DNA of 64,000 nucleotides from Anaerolineaceae bacterium (GCA_036825115.1 DAISYV010000001.1:11-64010); one strand, 5' to 3'. Shown: positions 1 through 9,652, numbered from the stretch's first letter. Program-made: numbers and translations. Notes: generated by a model from the sequence alone, not told the origin.

Positions 1-778
1 TCGAGTCCTGGGCTTCATCCTCGAGGATAAAAGGCCAGCGGTGAGCAAGCTGACGGACCAGGTCGGGGTCGGTTTGCAGACATTTCCATGCGAGGTGGAT
101 CAGATCATTAAAGTCAACCGCACCCAGCAACTTCAGGCGGTCCTGGTAAGCCTTGTAGATATCCAGGCAGATCTGCAAGAGGGGCGTAACCAGCCGGGAT
201 TTCTGCAGATTAGCCAGGTCGGCAGGCATCTGTCCTGTATTCTTCGCTGAGCTAATGAAACTGTTGGCAAGATCTTTCAACAGTGCAGGCATCCCATGTT
301 TTAAATCCCGAATAATATCCTGACCTTTTTTAGGGGAAATATCAGCGGAAAGCAGAGATAGGAAGAAGTCTTCACGAGCTTTTAATTGGTCGAAGGATAA
401 TTCTTCGAGGATGGAATTGGCATCTTCGTCATCAAGAATGCGGAAGTCGTTGCCAAGCCCGGCCAATTCGGGACGTTCGCGGATGATATCTCCGGCCAAA
501 CCGTGAAGCGTCCGCACACGATAACCATACCCCTCAAGCAATCCGTATTCACGTGCCAGGGCTCCGATGCGGCTGGTGAAGTTATCCACCGCGGAATTGG
601 CAAAAGTCACCACCAGGATTTCCTGGTCGGGTTGGAGGTCGACTGTGAGCAAGAGCTTCGCAGCCAACTGGGAAAGAGTCCAGGTTTTACCACTACCGGG
701 AACAGCTGAGATGCCCATCCAACCAGAGCGATAACGAAGGACTTCAGCCTGGGATTGGCGTAAGACAGGCTCAGCCAT
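1..778 (-). CDS. UvrD/PcrA/AddA-like superfamily-1 DNA helicase, N-terminal part (gene runs off the left window edge)
   Basis: Not in the supplied ORF track because it is open at position 1. My own minus-strand translation from ATG 778..776 gives MAEPVLRQSQAEVLRYRSGWMGISAVPGSGKTWTLSQLAAKLLL..VVTFANSAVDNFTSRI..RVRTLHGLAGDII..RWPFILEDEAQDS. It shows Walker A GSGKT, a TFAN motif, and DEAQD motif II at the edge. The ATG overlaps the TGA of the upstream gene (ATGGCTGA). Confidence 0.8.
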   Translation of the reverse strand, partial: MAEPVLRQSQAEVLRYRSGWMGISAVPGSGKTWTLSQLAAKLLLTVDLQPDQEILVVTFANSAVDNFTSRIGALAREYGLLEGYGYRVRTLHGLAGDIIRERPELAGLGNDFRILDDEDANSILEELSFDQLKAREDFFLSLLSADISPKKGQDIIRDLKHGMPALLKDLANSFISSAKNTGQMPADLANLQKSRLVTPLLQICLDIYKAYQDRLKLLGAVDFNDLIHLAWKCLQTDPDLVRQLAHRWPFILEDEAQDS

Positions 779-2906
779 ACTTTTGCTCCCTTAACGCGGA
801 ACGGAAGAGGTTTTGAGCCCAGGTCAGAAGCAGACCTTTTTCTTCAATGCCTGCTTCGCCATAGTCGGAAGTGCAAAGATGCACCTGTCCGCTGCAACGG
901 CGGAGCAAACCTACCAGGGTTCGTTCCAGGTTGAAGCGCCCCAATGCCATTTCGTCATCGGTGGTCCACTTTTTTCCCGGCTGGAATTGCCGGTTGAGAA
1001 CATAGGGGTGGGTGAGAGGCTGTTCGAGCCGCTCGTACCAACCCTTGCTGCCCAAATTCAACCAGAATTGATGCTCTACTGCCCGGTTTTGCATCAGGAA
1101 GGTCATCACAGGGGCTATCAGGACGCCAGGTTCTCCAACGATTTCCTCTTCAGGTACGAAAAGTGCCGAGAGCAAACCCTGGCTGAGCGCTTTATAGTAT
1201 TCTCTGCCAAGATAAGACGCATCCGCGCCCTGGTCAGCCGCCAGCGGACGCTTGAATTTTTGGTAACTTTGGATCAAACGGGCGGTATTTTCACCTGCGG
1301 GCTGATCATCTGCAAAGCCAAATCCAGGCTGGGTGAGCAGCTCTGAGAAGAGACGGCTGATAAAGTAGTCCAGTGGTTCGTTCGGGTCCACAGAGCCTAT
1401 CCAGAGGCACAGCTGCTTATATTGCCGCAAAACATCACTTGGAACCCTTTCAGTCAGTTCCTTCAGTAGTGTCTCAATGGGTGGCAGCAAAGTACCATCT
1501 TGATTGATCGTTGCTTGTTCAAGAATCAGACGGGCTCGCAGGGGATCAAACTTGGGAATAGCCGTTGAGAGAGCAGACTGGGTCTGGTAAAGGTCAGGTG
1601 CTTGTTTCCAATCTGGATGCGCAAGGGACGCCAGTGTGAGAATGGTCTGGATGTGTGGGTTGGATTTGAGCGCAAGAGATGGACGCAAAGTTTGGGTTGT
1701 TAGGCCGGCTTTTGTAAGCCGGCGCGAAAGCTCGAAAACCATAGGGTCACTGACAAAAGGCGAAAGTACCACGATTTGGTCTGCAGGCGTGCCGTTGAGC
1801 ACCAGATCCGCAATCTCCCGGCTGACTGACTGGAGCAGTTCCGGAAAGAAGCGCGGTCGCTTGCTTGCGATGATCAGCGCTTGAGAAATCGTGGAGTGTG
1901 GAAGTTTTAGCGCTTGGGACGATTGCATGTAGCCCAGGAGAGCCTCTATCGGAGCAGGGCTGACGTAATTCTTTTCAAAGTGAAGCCTGGCATTTGATTG
2001 TGAAGCGAGCTTTGCAGCCGAAACTGGATCCGCTCCCAGGAAGCTGCGCAGGCCGCCGCCTTCGTCCAGGATAATCAGCGATGATTGCAGGTTCTTGATC
2101 CAGGAACCGACGATGTCATGCACATAAGGAGGATCTTCTTCGGCGTTATCGTAGATCAGGTGCTGGTATTGGTTTTGAAAATACTTTTGAAAGGTATCGT
2201 TTGGCCAGACAATATCCCGGAAGAGTTCGACCTGCAGCGAAAAATCCAAGAGGTTGTGTTCCAGGCAGAAGTTCCGGAAAGCATTCACAGCCAGCTGGAC
2301 ATCATCGTAGACGATCATTTGAGCCTGGTCGCCATTCCAGGCGGATTTTAGCCTGCGGGCAAGCTCGGTGTGTGGGAAACCGACGATAGCGGATTTGTTG
2401 AGATTATCCAACAGCTGACTGAAGAGGCGGTTGCGTGTGAGCGTGATAGTTGCAAAATGACCGTGATCAATTAACGGGTCAACAATTTGAGCCATGTAGT
2501 ACTGGGCTGTCTCGAGCGTCAGAAAGCGGGGTGGTTCGAAGGGGTGCCTGAAAACCTGCCGGCTGGCAATTAATGGCCAAAAAAGGGCGATCATTCTGCG
2601 GACGACGCTGCTCATGGTTTGGACGCTCACGAACTGGGAAGCGGGCAATTTCACCTTCTGCAGATACTCTTGATACGCTTGAGCAAGGCTTCTTTGAGGC
2701 ACAAGCACAAGCGTGGAAGAACCCGGTGCAGCCGGGCTGGAGGTGAGAATTTGCTGCAGGCGGAGTAAAGCAGCGCCGGTTTTCCCTGAGGAGGCTGGTC
2801 CGCTCAGGAATAGATGCGGGTTAGCTAAAAAATCAGCAGCTTGTGCCTGCGCGTTAGTTGGTTTGAATGAGAAGATCCCCTTCATAGTGTCAGAATTATA
2901 AATCAT
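771..2906 (-). CDS. P-loop helicase-related protein, AddB/AdnA-like partner of the downstream UvrD-type helicase
   Basis: 711-aa ORF with the P-loop GPASSGKTGAAL and a degenerate Walker-B-like YDNAEED. It is translationally overlapped with the downstream UvrD-family gene, as in addB-addA type pairs. I see no clear C-terminal Cys-cluster nuclease. Confidence 0.55.
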   Translation of the reverse strand: MIYNSDTMKGIFSFKPTNAQAQAADFLANPHLFLSGPASSGKTGAALLRLQQILTSSPAAPGSSTLVLVPQRSLAQAYQEYLQKVKLPASQFVSVQTMSSVVRRMIALFWPLIASRQVFRHPFEPPRFLTLETAQYYMAQIVDPLIDHGHFATITLTRNRLFSQLLDNLNKSAIVGFPHTELARRLKSAWNGDQAQMIVYDDVQLAVNAFRNFCLEHNLLDFSLQVELFRDIVWPNDTFQKYFQNQYQHLIYDNAEEDPPYVHDIVGSWIKNLQSSLIILDEGGGLRSFLGADPVSAAKLASQSNARLHFEKNYVSPAPIEALLGYMQSSQALKLPHSTISQALIIASKRPRFFPELLQSVSREIADLVLNGTPADQIVVLSPFVSDPMVFELSRRLTKAGLTTQTLRPSLALKSNPHIQTILTLASLAHPDWKQAPDLYQTQSALSTAIPKFDPLRARLILEQATINQDGTLLPPIETLLKELTERVPSDVLRQYKQLCLWIGSVDPNEPLDYFISRLFSELLTQPGFGFADDQPAGENTARLIQSYQKFKRPLAADQGADASYLGREYYKALSQGLLSALFVPEEEIVGEPGVLIAPVMTFLMQNRAVEHQFWLNLGSKGWYERLEQPLTHPYVLNRQFQPGKKWTTDDEMALGRFNLERTLVGLLRRCSGQVHLCTSDYGEAGIEEKGLLLTWAQNLFRSALREQKYG

Positions 2907-2950
2907 GCCATTGGCTCACACACGTTGAAGCGCATTCTCAGCATGGGAAT

Positions 2951-2959
2951 TGGTATAAT
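2951..2959 (+). promoter_or_regulatory. extended -10 promoter element TGGTATAAT upstream of the acetyl-CoA synthetase gene
   Basis: TGGTATAAT lies 29 nt upstream of ATG 2988, which is preceded by the SD AGGAGA. Confidence 0.5.
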
Positions 2960-2987
2960 CCTTCTGACAATCACACAGGAGAGAACC

Positions 2988-5084
2988 ATGCCATCATCAC
3001 TCACCCCATTTTTTGATGCAAAAGGTGTCGCCATTTTAGGCGCATCAACCAATCCCAAGAAATTAAGCTATGGAATTCTGGAGAACCTGGTTAGCTTTGG
3101 ATATCAGGGCGAAATCTATCCAGTTAACCCAAACGCGACAGAGATTCTTGGCAGAAAGGCTTATGCGTCAATCGCTGACGTACCGGATCCGGTCGAATTA
3201 GCGGTGGTGGTGCTGCCCGTGACTGTAATCATGGAGACCATGAGGGAGATTGGCGAGCGAGGAATCAAGGCGGTCGTCATCATTACAGGCGGCTTCAGGG
3301 AACTGGGTGAGGAAGGCACGAAAGTGGAACGGGCTGTCAAGGAGTTGGCGCAATCCTACGGCATGCGGGTGGTTGGACCTAATTGCGTGGGAACTATTGA
3401 CGTTCGCACTGGCTTGGATTCAACCTTCATCAAGGGGCTTCCTCAAGCGGGACCAATCGCGTTTATCTCTCAATCCGGCGCAATATGCGGCGGTGTGATC
3501 GACCTGATCATCAATTCCAGGATCGGTTTTTCCCATTTTGCCAGTTTGGGCAATGAGATGGACGTCACTGAAACCGATATGCTCGAATATTTTGAAGAAG
3601 ATGAACACGCGAAAGTGATCGCGATGTACGTCGAGGGCATCCAGGATGGTCCGCGGTTTATGGAGGTGGCAAGGCGTGTTTCGCAAAAGAAGCCAATTGT
3701 CTTTCTAAAGGCAGGCAAAAATGACGCAGGCGCGAAGGCAGTCAGCTCCCACACCGGTTCGCTGGCAGGTTCCTACGCCGCCTACCAGGCCGCGCTTGAG
3801 CAGGCAGGTGTGATTGAAGTCGAAACCATCAGCCAGCTCTTCAACTTAGCATGGGCGCTTGGCACTCAGCCGTTGCCAGCTGGTAAGCGCGTCGCCATCA
3901 CGACCAATGCTGGTGGAGCGGCAGCACTGGCAGCGGATAGCCTGGCGTTTAATGGTTTTGAACTGGCGCAAATTGCTGCGGAAATTCAAGCTAAACTGAG
4001 AACCAAGCTGAACCCCAGCGCGCAGGTTTCAAACCCGGTGGACATGCTGGGCTCGGTCAGCCCGGAAGATTACATCTGGAGCCTGGGTAATTTGGATGCC
4101 GATGAAGGCGTGGATGTGCTGCTGCCCATCCTGGTGCCGCAATCGCTTGTGGACACCCTCGGAGTGGCAAAAGCATGGGTTGAGGTTGGCAAGAGCACCA
4201 ATAAAACCTTACTAACTTGTTTGATGGGGGAACGCAGCACACTTGAATCGGAACAATACCTGAACATGGCTGGCGTGCCGGTTTATGCTTATCCAGACGA
4301 GGCTGGTCGGGTTCTGAGGGGGATGGAACAATACAAACAGCTTCTGGGAAAAGCGCTTTTCAAACCTGTTGAGGTGGAGAACATAGACCACAACAAAATG
4401 GCAGCAGGATTGGCTTTGGTTAATGGTGCCAAAGCGGTAGGTGAGTACGAGACGCGTATTATGCTTGAGGCCTATGGGATTCAAAATGTACCGGGAGATC
4501 TTGCAAGCGATGTTGAGGAGGCTGTAAAAATTGCTGAAGAAGCTGGTTATCCGGTGGTGATGAAAATCGTCTCGGAGGACATCCTGCATAAGTCGGATTC
4601 CGGCGGTATCGCTCTTAACATCAAGAATACAGAAGAGTTGCGCGTAGAATACGATGCTATGATGACTCGAATAGCCAAGAACGAACCAAACGCGCGCATC
4701 CGCGGCGTAATGGTGGAGCAAATGGCACCCAAAGGTTTGGAAGTAATCGTTGGGATGCGGCGCGACCCAACCTTCGGACCGCTGATGATGTTTGGTTTGG
4801 GGGGCACGATGGTCGAGCTGCTCAAAGACATCAGCTTCAAGGTGGCACCGCTTACCAGTGAAGATATCGATGAGATGATCGAAAGGACGCTAGCAGGTAA
4901 ATTGCTCAAAGGTTATCGTGGTTCAGCAAAGGCTGACATCCAGGCGGTCAAGGATGCTATCGCGCGTTTGAGCCAATTAAGCCTGGACAATACAGAGATC
5001 AGTGAGATCGAGATCAATCCCTTGATCGTTTATCCGGAAGGTCAGGGCGCGATTTCGCTTGACAGTCGTGCGATCATGGCGTAA
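2988..5084 (+). CDS. acetate--CoA ligase (ADP-forming), fused alpha/beta domains (CoA-binding, succinyl-CoA-synthetase-like and ATP-grasp)
   Basis: N-terminus FFDAKGVAILGASTNPKKLSYGILENL..YPVNP (CoA-binding fold); C-terminal ATP-grasp region (YPVVMKIVSEDILHKSDSGGIALN). The track ORF starts at TTG 2925, but ATG 2988 has the SD AGGAGA. Confidence 0.85.
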   Translation: MPSSLTPFFDAKGVAILGASTNPKKLSYGILENLVSFGYQGEIYPVNPNATEILGRKAYASIADVPDPVELAVVVLPVTVIMETMREIGERGIKAVVIITGGFRELGEEGTKVERAVKELAQSYGMRVVGPNCVGTIDVRTGLDSTFIKGLPQAGPIAFISQSGAICGGVIDLIINSRIGFSHFASLGNEMDVTETDMLEYFEEDEHAKVIAMYVEGIQDGPRFMEVARRVSQKKPIVFLKAGKNDAGAKAVSSHTGSLAGSYAAYQAALEQAGVIEVETISQLFNLAWALGTQPLPAGKRVAITTNAGGAAALAADSLAFNGFELAQIAAEIQAKLRTKLNPSAQVSNPVDMLGSVSPEDYIWSLGNLDADEGVDVLLPILVPQSLVDTLGVAKAWVEVGKSTNKTLLTCLMGERSTLESEQYLNMAGVPVYAYPDEAGRVLRGMEQYKQLLGKALFKPVEVENIDHNKMAAGLALVNGAKAVGEYETRIMLEAYGIQNVPGDLASDVEEAVKIAEEAGYPVVMKIVSEDILHKSDSGGIALNIKNTEELRVEYDAMMTRIAKNEPNARIRGVMVEQMAPKGLEVIVGMRRDPTFGPLMMFGLGGTMVELLKDISFKVAPLTSEDIDEMIERTLAGKLLKGYRGSAKADIQAVKDAIARLSQLSLDNTEISEIEINPLIVYPEGQGAISLDSRAIMA

Positions 5085-5162
5085 TGAAAAAAATTTGCTG
5101 ATTTTAGTAAGGCTGCAGTGAAAATGGTTGGGCACGCCAATTGAAAAGAGAACGGAGAAACA

Positions 5163-5945
5163 ATGATGCAATCTGAAGAGTTCACAGGAAAAGTAGTTTT
5201 AGTCACTGGCGCAAGCCAGGGTATTGGATTGGAAATCTGCAGGCAATTTTCTGAGTTGGGAGCTACCGTAATCTCAGTTGCCAGGAACGAAGAAAAGCTT
5301 GAACTGGCAAGGAATTCGATTAAGAACAACACCAATGTTTATCCTTATTCCTGCGATCTGTCTGTTAAAGCTGAAATAGAAAAGTTATTTGATTTTGTTG
5401 AAGAAAAATTCCAGAGGATTGATGTATTGGTAAACAATTTAGGCGCTTTCTCGGAGAAAAAAGACTGGAACGAGATCGATTATGACCTGTGGATCAAAAC
5501 CTTTGAGACCAACGTTCTAAGCGCCTACTTTTGCATGGTGAGAGCTGCTGAGATCATGGTTGAGAATAAGACAAAAGGTGTCATCATCAACGTCGGTTCT
5601 TCGTCAGCTTTGCAGGTAAAAAAAGGTCGGCTGAATTACACGGTTTCAAAATCAGCCCTTCACACCATGTCAAGAGTAACCGCGATGGATCTGGCGAAGC
5701 ATCAAATTCGCGTTAATGTAGTCTCTCCGGGACCAACTGCTACGGAGATTGTTCAAAGCAGAATGGGAGACCCTGTTCAGGTGCTGCAAGAATCCGAGAG
5801 ACTCAAGAAAATTCCGCTTGGAAGATATGCTTCCACAGCTGACATTGCCAATGCCGTGGTATTCATGAGTTCGTCAAAGGCGGATTTTATTACTGGTGCC
5901 ATTCTTCCTGTGGATGGGGGCTACACCATCGGCGAAACTGTGTAG
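5163..5945 (+). CDS. SDR family oxidoreductase (3-oxoacyl-ACP reductase-like)
   Basis: TGASQGIG cofactor motif and YTVSKSAL catalytic Y-x3-K; 260 aa. Confidence 0.8.
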   Translation: MMQSEEFTGKVVLVTGASQGIGLEICRQFSELGATVISVARNEEKLELARNSIKNNTNVYPYSCDLSVKAEIEKLFDFVEEKFQRIDVLVNNLGAFSEKKDWNEIDYDLWIKTFETNVLSAYFCMVRAAEIMVENKTKGVIINVGSSSALQVKKGRLNYTVSKSALHTMSRVTAMDLAKHQIRVNVVSPGPTATEIVQSRMGDPVQVLQESERLKKIPLGRYASTADIANAVVFMSSSKADFITGAILPVDGGYTIGETV

Positions 5946-5980
5946 GATGTGGGGTCGAAGTCATAGAGGGGAATAATAAA

Positions 5981-6053
5981 AGCCAACGAAGGGAATCGAA
6001 CCCCCGACCGGACGCTTACGAAGCGTCTGCTCTACCGACTGAGCTACGTTGGC
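5981..6053 (-). tRNA. tRNA-Thr (anticodon CGU)
   Basis: The reverse complement GCCAACGTAGCTCAGTCGGTAGAGCAGACGCTTCGTAAGCGTCCGGTCGGGGGTTCGATTCCCTTCGTTGGCT folds as a cloverleaf: acceptor GCCAACG/CGTTGGC, anticodon stem GACGC/GCGTC, loop TTCGTAA, T-loop GGTTCGATTCC. No CCA is encoded. Confidence 0.93.
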
Positions 6054-6062
6054 GTGCCGGCG

Positions 6063-6071
6063 ATTATACCA
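6063..6071 (-). promoter_or_regulatory. extended -10 promoter TGGTATAAT for tRNA-Thr
   Basis: On the minus strand, TGGTATAAT ends 9 nt upstream of the tRNA 5' end. Confidence 0.55.
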
Positions 6072-6074
6072 GAA

Positions 6075-6480
6075 AAAAATTCCATGGTTGTGAACATTTC
6101 TTAGCACGTTAAGACCTCCAGCCTCAAAAAACGTGCTTATCAGCGGAGGAGACAGCTTCCCCCCAGGGAAGCCCAGTCGTCAGCCCTCCCTCGAGGGAAG
6201 GTCCGTGAAACGGAGGAGAGTGTCAGTATATTAGGTATTGGTGTTCAAGATGGTCAGGTACAGGGGCAAGATCCTACGCCATCCTTTTTTACAAGACCAC
6301 CGTAGGAAACAGGCCGGCCTGTTCCACAACTTCTCGGTTGACGCAGGCGTCAACCCTACGAGACACTTTTTTAAGTGGAGGCATCCCGGGCAGGCACAGT
6401 GACCTGCTGCTAATAAAGTAACGGGCAAAAAAGACGGATTGAACCCCGCAAAAATTGACGAGGTTATCGATGCGATGCGG
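6075..6480. other. long ORF-free, hairpin-dense intergenic region (candidate structured non-coding RNA; identity and strand unknown)
   Basis: About 400 nt with no credible ORF, in a window where most gaps are under 100 nt. It contains several 6-8 bp GC-rich hairpins and a direct repeat CGGAGGAGA at 6144-6152 and 6211-6219. See findings. Confidence 0.3.
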
Positions 6481-6481
6481 C

Positions 6482-7681
6482 CTATTTATTCTTTGTTTCC
6501 TTCTTATCCTTTTTCATCGCGCTAGCACGGATGATGATTTGGTTGCCGTATTTGTCCTTGAGGGAGTCAATTGCTTCCGTCAATTGGGTTTTCTTCTGAA
6601 CACTGTTATCCCACAACGAGAGTTGGGTGGCGGGTTCTTCCAACTTGGTGACGGCCACGCCCAGAAGGCGCACCTCCCGTCCCACGGTCAGGTGGCTTTT
6701 CAATAATTCCGTAACGGCTTCAAAGATGTCATCATCCAAATTAGTCGGCTGCTGGAGCATTTTCTGCCGTGTGATGGTCGAGAAATCCGAATACCTGATC
6801 TTAATCTGGACGCAGCTACCTGCCAGGTTGTGCTTGCGCAAGCGATACCCAACCTTATCTGACAGCCACCTCAGGGTATCTGAAATTTGCTGCAGGTTGT
6901 CAGTATCTGAATAGTAGGTAGTTTCATTACTGACCGATTTCGGATCGCCTTCGCTATCATAAACCGGACGCGTATCGATTCCTTTAGCGCGATCAAGGAT
7001 CTCGAGGGCGTGATTGCCAAAAAAGCTGTGCAATTCTGTCTCTGAAAGCTCGTAAAGCTGCCCGATGCGAAAAATACCCCTTTCGCGCAATTTTTCAGCG
7101 GTTTTTGGTCCAAATCCCCACAAAGCCTGGATTTCAAGAGGTGCCATGAATGCCTGTTCTTCGCCCGGTTCGATGATCGTGATTGCCCGGGGAGCACGTC
7201 CTGTGCGAACCTGCTTCTTGCCATAGTCATTTGCCATTTTGGCAACCAGTTTGTTGGTTGCGCCGCCAAGAGAGCAGGGAAGTTGTGTCTCCTCCGCGAC
7301 ACGTTTTTGCAGTCCGATAGCAATTATTCTGAGAGCCTGCGGCAAATCACTGACATCCAGGAAAGCTTCATCGACCGAAACCTGCTCAACAAGAGGGGTC
7401 GTGTCGTGAAGGATCGACATAACCCGATCAGAATACTCGCTATAAAGGTTGTGACGGTGATGGATCATCAACAATTCAGGGCAGAGCCGGATAGCTTTTC
7501 CGGCAGGCATGGCAGATCGGACGCCTTTCAACCTGGCTGCATAAGAACAGGAAGCAATCACTCCCCGACCCTGGGGACTACCGCCCACAGCAAAAGCCTT
7601 GCCCACCAGGGATGGGTCAAGCAGCTCTTCAACAGAACAGAAGAAAGCATCGAGGTCGAGGTGAAGGATTTTGCGTGCCAT
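6482..7681 (-). CDS. dinB: DNA polymerase IV (Y-family translesion polymerase)
   Basis: MARKILHLDLDAFFCSVEELLDP.. is a typical DinB N-terminus. I prefer ATG 7681, 40 nt after the gyrB stop, to the track start at 7786, which overlaps gyrB. Confidence 0.9.
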   Translation of the reverse strand: MARKILHLDLDAFFCSVEELLDPSLVGKAFAVGGSPQGRGVIASCSYAARLKGVRSAMPAGKAIRLCPELLMIHHRHNLYSEYSDRVMSILHDTTPLVEQVSVDEAFLDVSDLPQALRIIAIGLQKRVAEETQLPCSLGGATNKLVAKMANDYGKKQVRTGRAPRAITIIEPGEEQAFMAPLEIQALWGFGPKTAEKLRERGIFRIGQLYELSETELHSFFGNHALEILDRAKGIDTRPVYDSEGDPKSVSNETTYYSDTDNLQQISDTLRWLSDKVGYRLRKHNLAGSCVQIKIRYSDFSTITRQKMLQQPTNLDDDIFEAVTELLKSHLTVGREVRLLGVAVTKLEEPATQLSLWDNSVQKKTQLTEAIDSLKDKYGNQIIIRASAMKKDKKETKNK

Positions 7682-7721
7682 AATAACAAACTCGCCTGTT
7701 TTCCAGGCGAGTTGCGTATGT

Positions 7722-9635
7722 TTAGATATCCAGGTTACGCACTTCTTTCGCGTGCGTTTGGATGAAACGTCGCCGCGGCGGAACAAGCGAACCCATGAGC
7801 ATATCGAATGTGAGGTCTGCTTCTGCCGCGTCTTCGATCTCCACCTGCAAAAGAGTGCGATTTTCAGGGTTCATGGTTGTTTCCCAGAGTTGTTCGGGGT
7901 TCATTTCTCCAAGACCTTTGTAGCGTGAGAGACCAACCTTGTTGGGACCACCCATTTTTGCGATCAATTTATCTTTTTCCGCTTCGTTGTAAGCGTAGTA
8001 AATTTGATTGCGGCTGCTTATGCGATAGAGCGGCGGTTGGGCAATGTAGAGGTGGCCTTCTTCGATTAAGGGCTGCATGTAGCGGAAGAAAAATGTCAAT
8101 AGCAATGTGCGAATGTGGGCACCGTCGACGTCAGCATCGGTCATGATGACCACGCGACCGTATCTGAGACCTTTGAGATCGAAAGAGTCACCAATGCCAG
8201 TGCCAAGCGCGGACACGAGTGATTTCACTTCGCGATTGCCGAGGATCTTATCCAGACGCGCGCGTTCCGTGTTGAGAATCTTACCTCGCAGCGGCAGGAT
8301 AGCCTGAAAATGACGGTCGCGACCCTGTTTGGCAGAACCACCAGCTGATTCACCTTCAACGATGAACATTTCGGTTTTTTCCGGATTGCGTTCTGAGCAG
8401 TCCGCCAGCTTGCCAGGAAGAGTCATTGACTCAAGCGCAGATTTACGGATGACAAGATCACGCGCCTTTTTGGCTGCGTCACGAGCCCGGGCGGAAGTAA
8501 GACACTTCTGGACGATAGCACGCCCGGTTGCAGGGTTTTCGTCGAGGAAAGTAGAGACTGTTTCGAGGACAACTGCTTGAACATAGGTCTGGACTTCAGG
8601 ATTCATCAGTTTGACCTTGGTCTGGCTTTCGAATTGTGGATCGGGGTGTTTGATGCTGACAATCGCAGTCAGACCTTCGCGGGTGTCATCACCGCTAAAA
8701 TTTGCCTCAGAATCTTTTAAAAGTCCTGCTTTGCGGGCGTAATCATTGATACTGCGGGTGATAGCTGCGCGTAAACCAGTCAGATGTGTGCCGCCATCAA
8801 TCGTGTTGATTGTATTAGCAAAGGTATAGATCGATTCCGAGTAGGCATCGGTATACTGAACGGCAAACTCGACTCCGATTCCCTCGAATTCCTTTTCACC
8901 AAAAATCAAGGGGTGAAGTGTTTCGCGATTGCGATTTATATAGCGGGTAAAGGAGGCAATACCACCTTCAAAGTGGAAGGTCATCTCTTTTGCTTCACGC
9001 TCGTCCATCAATTGGATGCTGACACCGCGCGTGACAAAAGCCATCTCCCGGAAACGCTGGACAAGTGTTTCAAAACGGAAGGTTGACTCATCCTTGAAGA
9101 TTTCCCGGTCAAAACGAAATGAAGTGGAAGTGCCTGTGTGATTGCCTGTGTATGTTCCAATGGCTTTGACAGGTTCTTTGGGTATGCCCCTCTCGTAACG
9201 TTGGAAGTAAATTTTGTTTGAGCGGTGAATGGTAACTTCGCACCACTCCGATAGCGCGTTAACTGCCGAGACGCCCACACCATGCAAACCACCGGAAACT
9301 TTGTAGGATCCGCCGCCAAATTTTCCGCCAGCGTGCAGCACGGTCATGACCACCTGAAGGGCTGAGATTTTCCTCTCAGGATGAATTTCCACTGGAATGC
9401 CGCGGCCGTTATCTTTGACAGTAACACTATCGTCCGCGTGTATTGTGATCGAAATGTGGTCACAATAACCTGCGAGAGCCTCATCGATCGAGTTGTCTAC
9501 AACTTCGTAGATGAGGTGATGAAGGGCTTTGACGTCGGTGCCGCCAACATACATGCCCGGTCGGCGACGGACAGCCTCAAGTCCTTCGAGGATCTGGATA
9601 TCACCTGCATTGTAGTGTTCGGGTTTATTGTTCAA
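7722..9635 (-). CDS. gyrB: DNA gyrase subunit B
   Basis: 637 aa with [26 protein letters not shown], a GHKL ATPase, Toprim [14 protein letters not shown] and the C-terminal tail. Confidence 0.97.
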   Translation of the reverse strand: MNNKPEHYNAGDIQILEGLEAVRRRPGMYVGGTDVKALHHLIYEVVDNSIDEALAGYCDHISITIHADDSVTVKDNGRGIPVEIHPERKISALQVVMTVLHAGGKFGGGSYKVSGGLHGVGVSAVNALSEWCEVTIHRSNKIYFQRYERGIPKEPVKAIGTYTGNHTGTSTSFRFDREIFKDESTFRFETLVQRFREMAFVTRGVSIQLMDEREAKEMTFHFEGGIASFTRYINRNRETLHPLIFGEKEFEGIGVEFAVQYTDAYSESIYTFANTINTIDGGTHLTGLRAAITRSINDYARKAGLLKDSEANFSGDDTREGLTAIVSIKHPDPQFESQTKVKLMNPEVQTYVQAVVLETVSTFLDENPATGRAIVQKCLTSARARDAAKKARDLVIRKSALESMTLPGKLADCSERNPEKTEMFIVEGESAGGSAKQGRDRHFQAILPLRGKILNTERARLDKILGNREVKSLVSALGTGIGDSFDLKGLRYGRVVIMTDADVDGAHIRTLLLTFFFRYMQPLIEEGHLYIAQPPLYRISSRNQIYYAYNEAEKDKLIAKMGGPNKVGLSRYKGLGEMNPEQLWETTMNPENRTLLQVEIEDAAEADLTFDMLMGSLVPPRRRFIQTHAKEVRNLDI

Positions 9636-9652
9636 TTTTTTGCTCCAAAGGT

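Noticed and set aside
6193-6207. GAGGGAAGGTCCGTG resembles the RNase P RNA P4 element GAGGAAAGTCCGGGC, and GCTTATCAGC at 6135-6144 resembles the 3' P4 strand
   Set aside because: The two elements are in the wrong order. The other universally conserved RNase P blocks (for example the GGTGAAA..GGTAAGAGC region) are absent. The available length is too short.
6231-6428. 65-aa minus-strand ORF (and a 50-aa plus-strand ORF from ATG 6250) inside the long non-coding region
   Set aside because: There is no SD. The composition is Cys/Arg/Trp-rich and non-protein-like. The ORFs coincide with palindromic hairpins, so I treat the region as RNA/structural rather than coding.
6399-6445. tmRNA-like cues: GCTGCTAATAA (tag-end-like) and GGTTCAATCC (T-loop-like, minus strand at 6436-6445)
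   Set aside because: The reading frame ending at TAATAA encodes ..TCC, not an Ala-rich tag. The T-loop-like motif has no complementary T-stem or acceptor stem, and there is no CCA end. I also found no SRP (GGAAGCAGC) or 6S-like features.
7682-7786. N-terminal extensions implied by the longest-ORF track: dinB to 7786, SDR to 37482, efp to 55384, surface protein to 14491, glgA to 47784, acetyl-CoA synthetase from 2925
   Set aside because: The extensions overlap upstream genes or promoters, encode non-conserved junk, and lack an SD. Internal ATGs with good SDs match the conserved protein N-termini.
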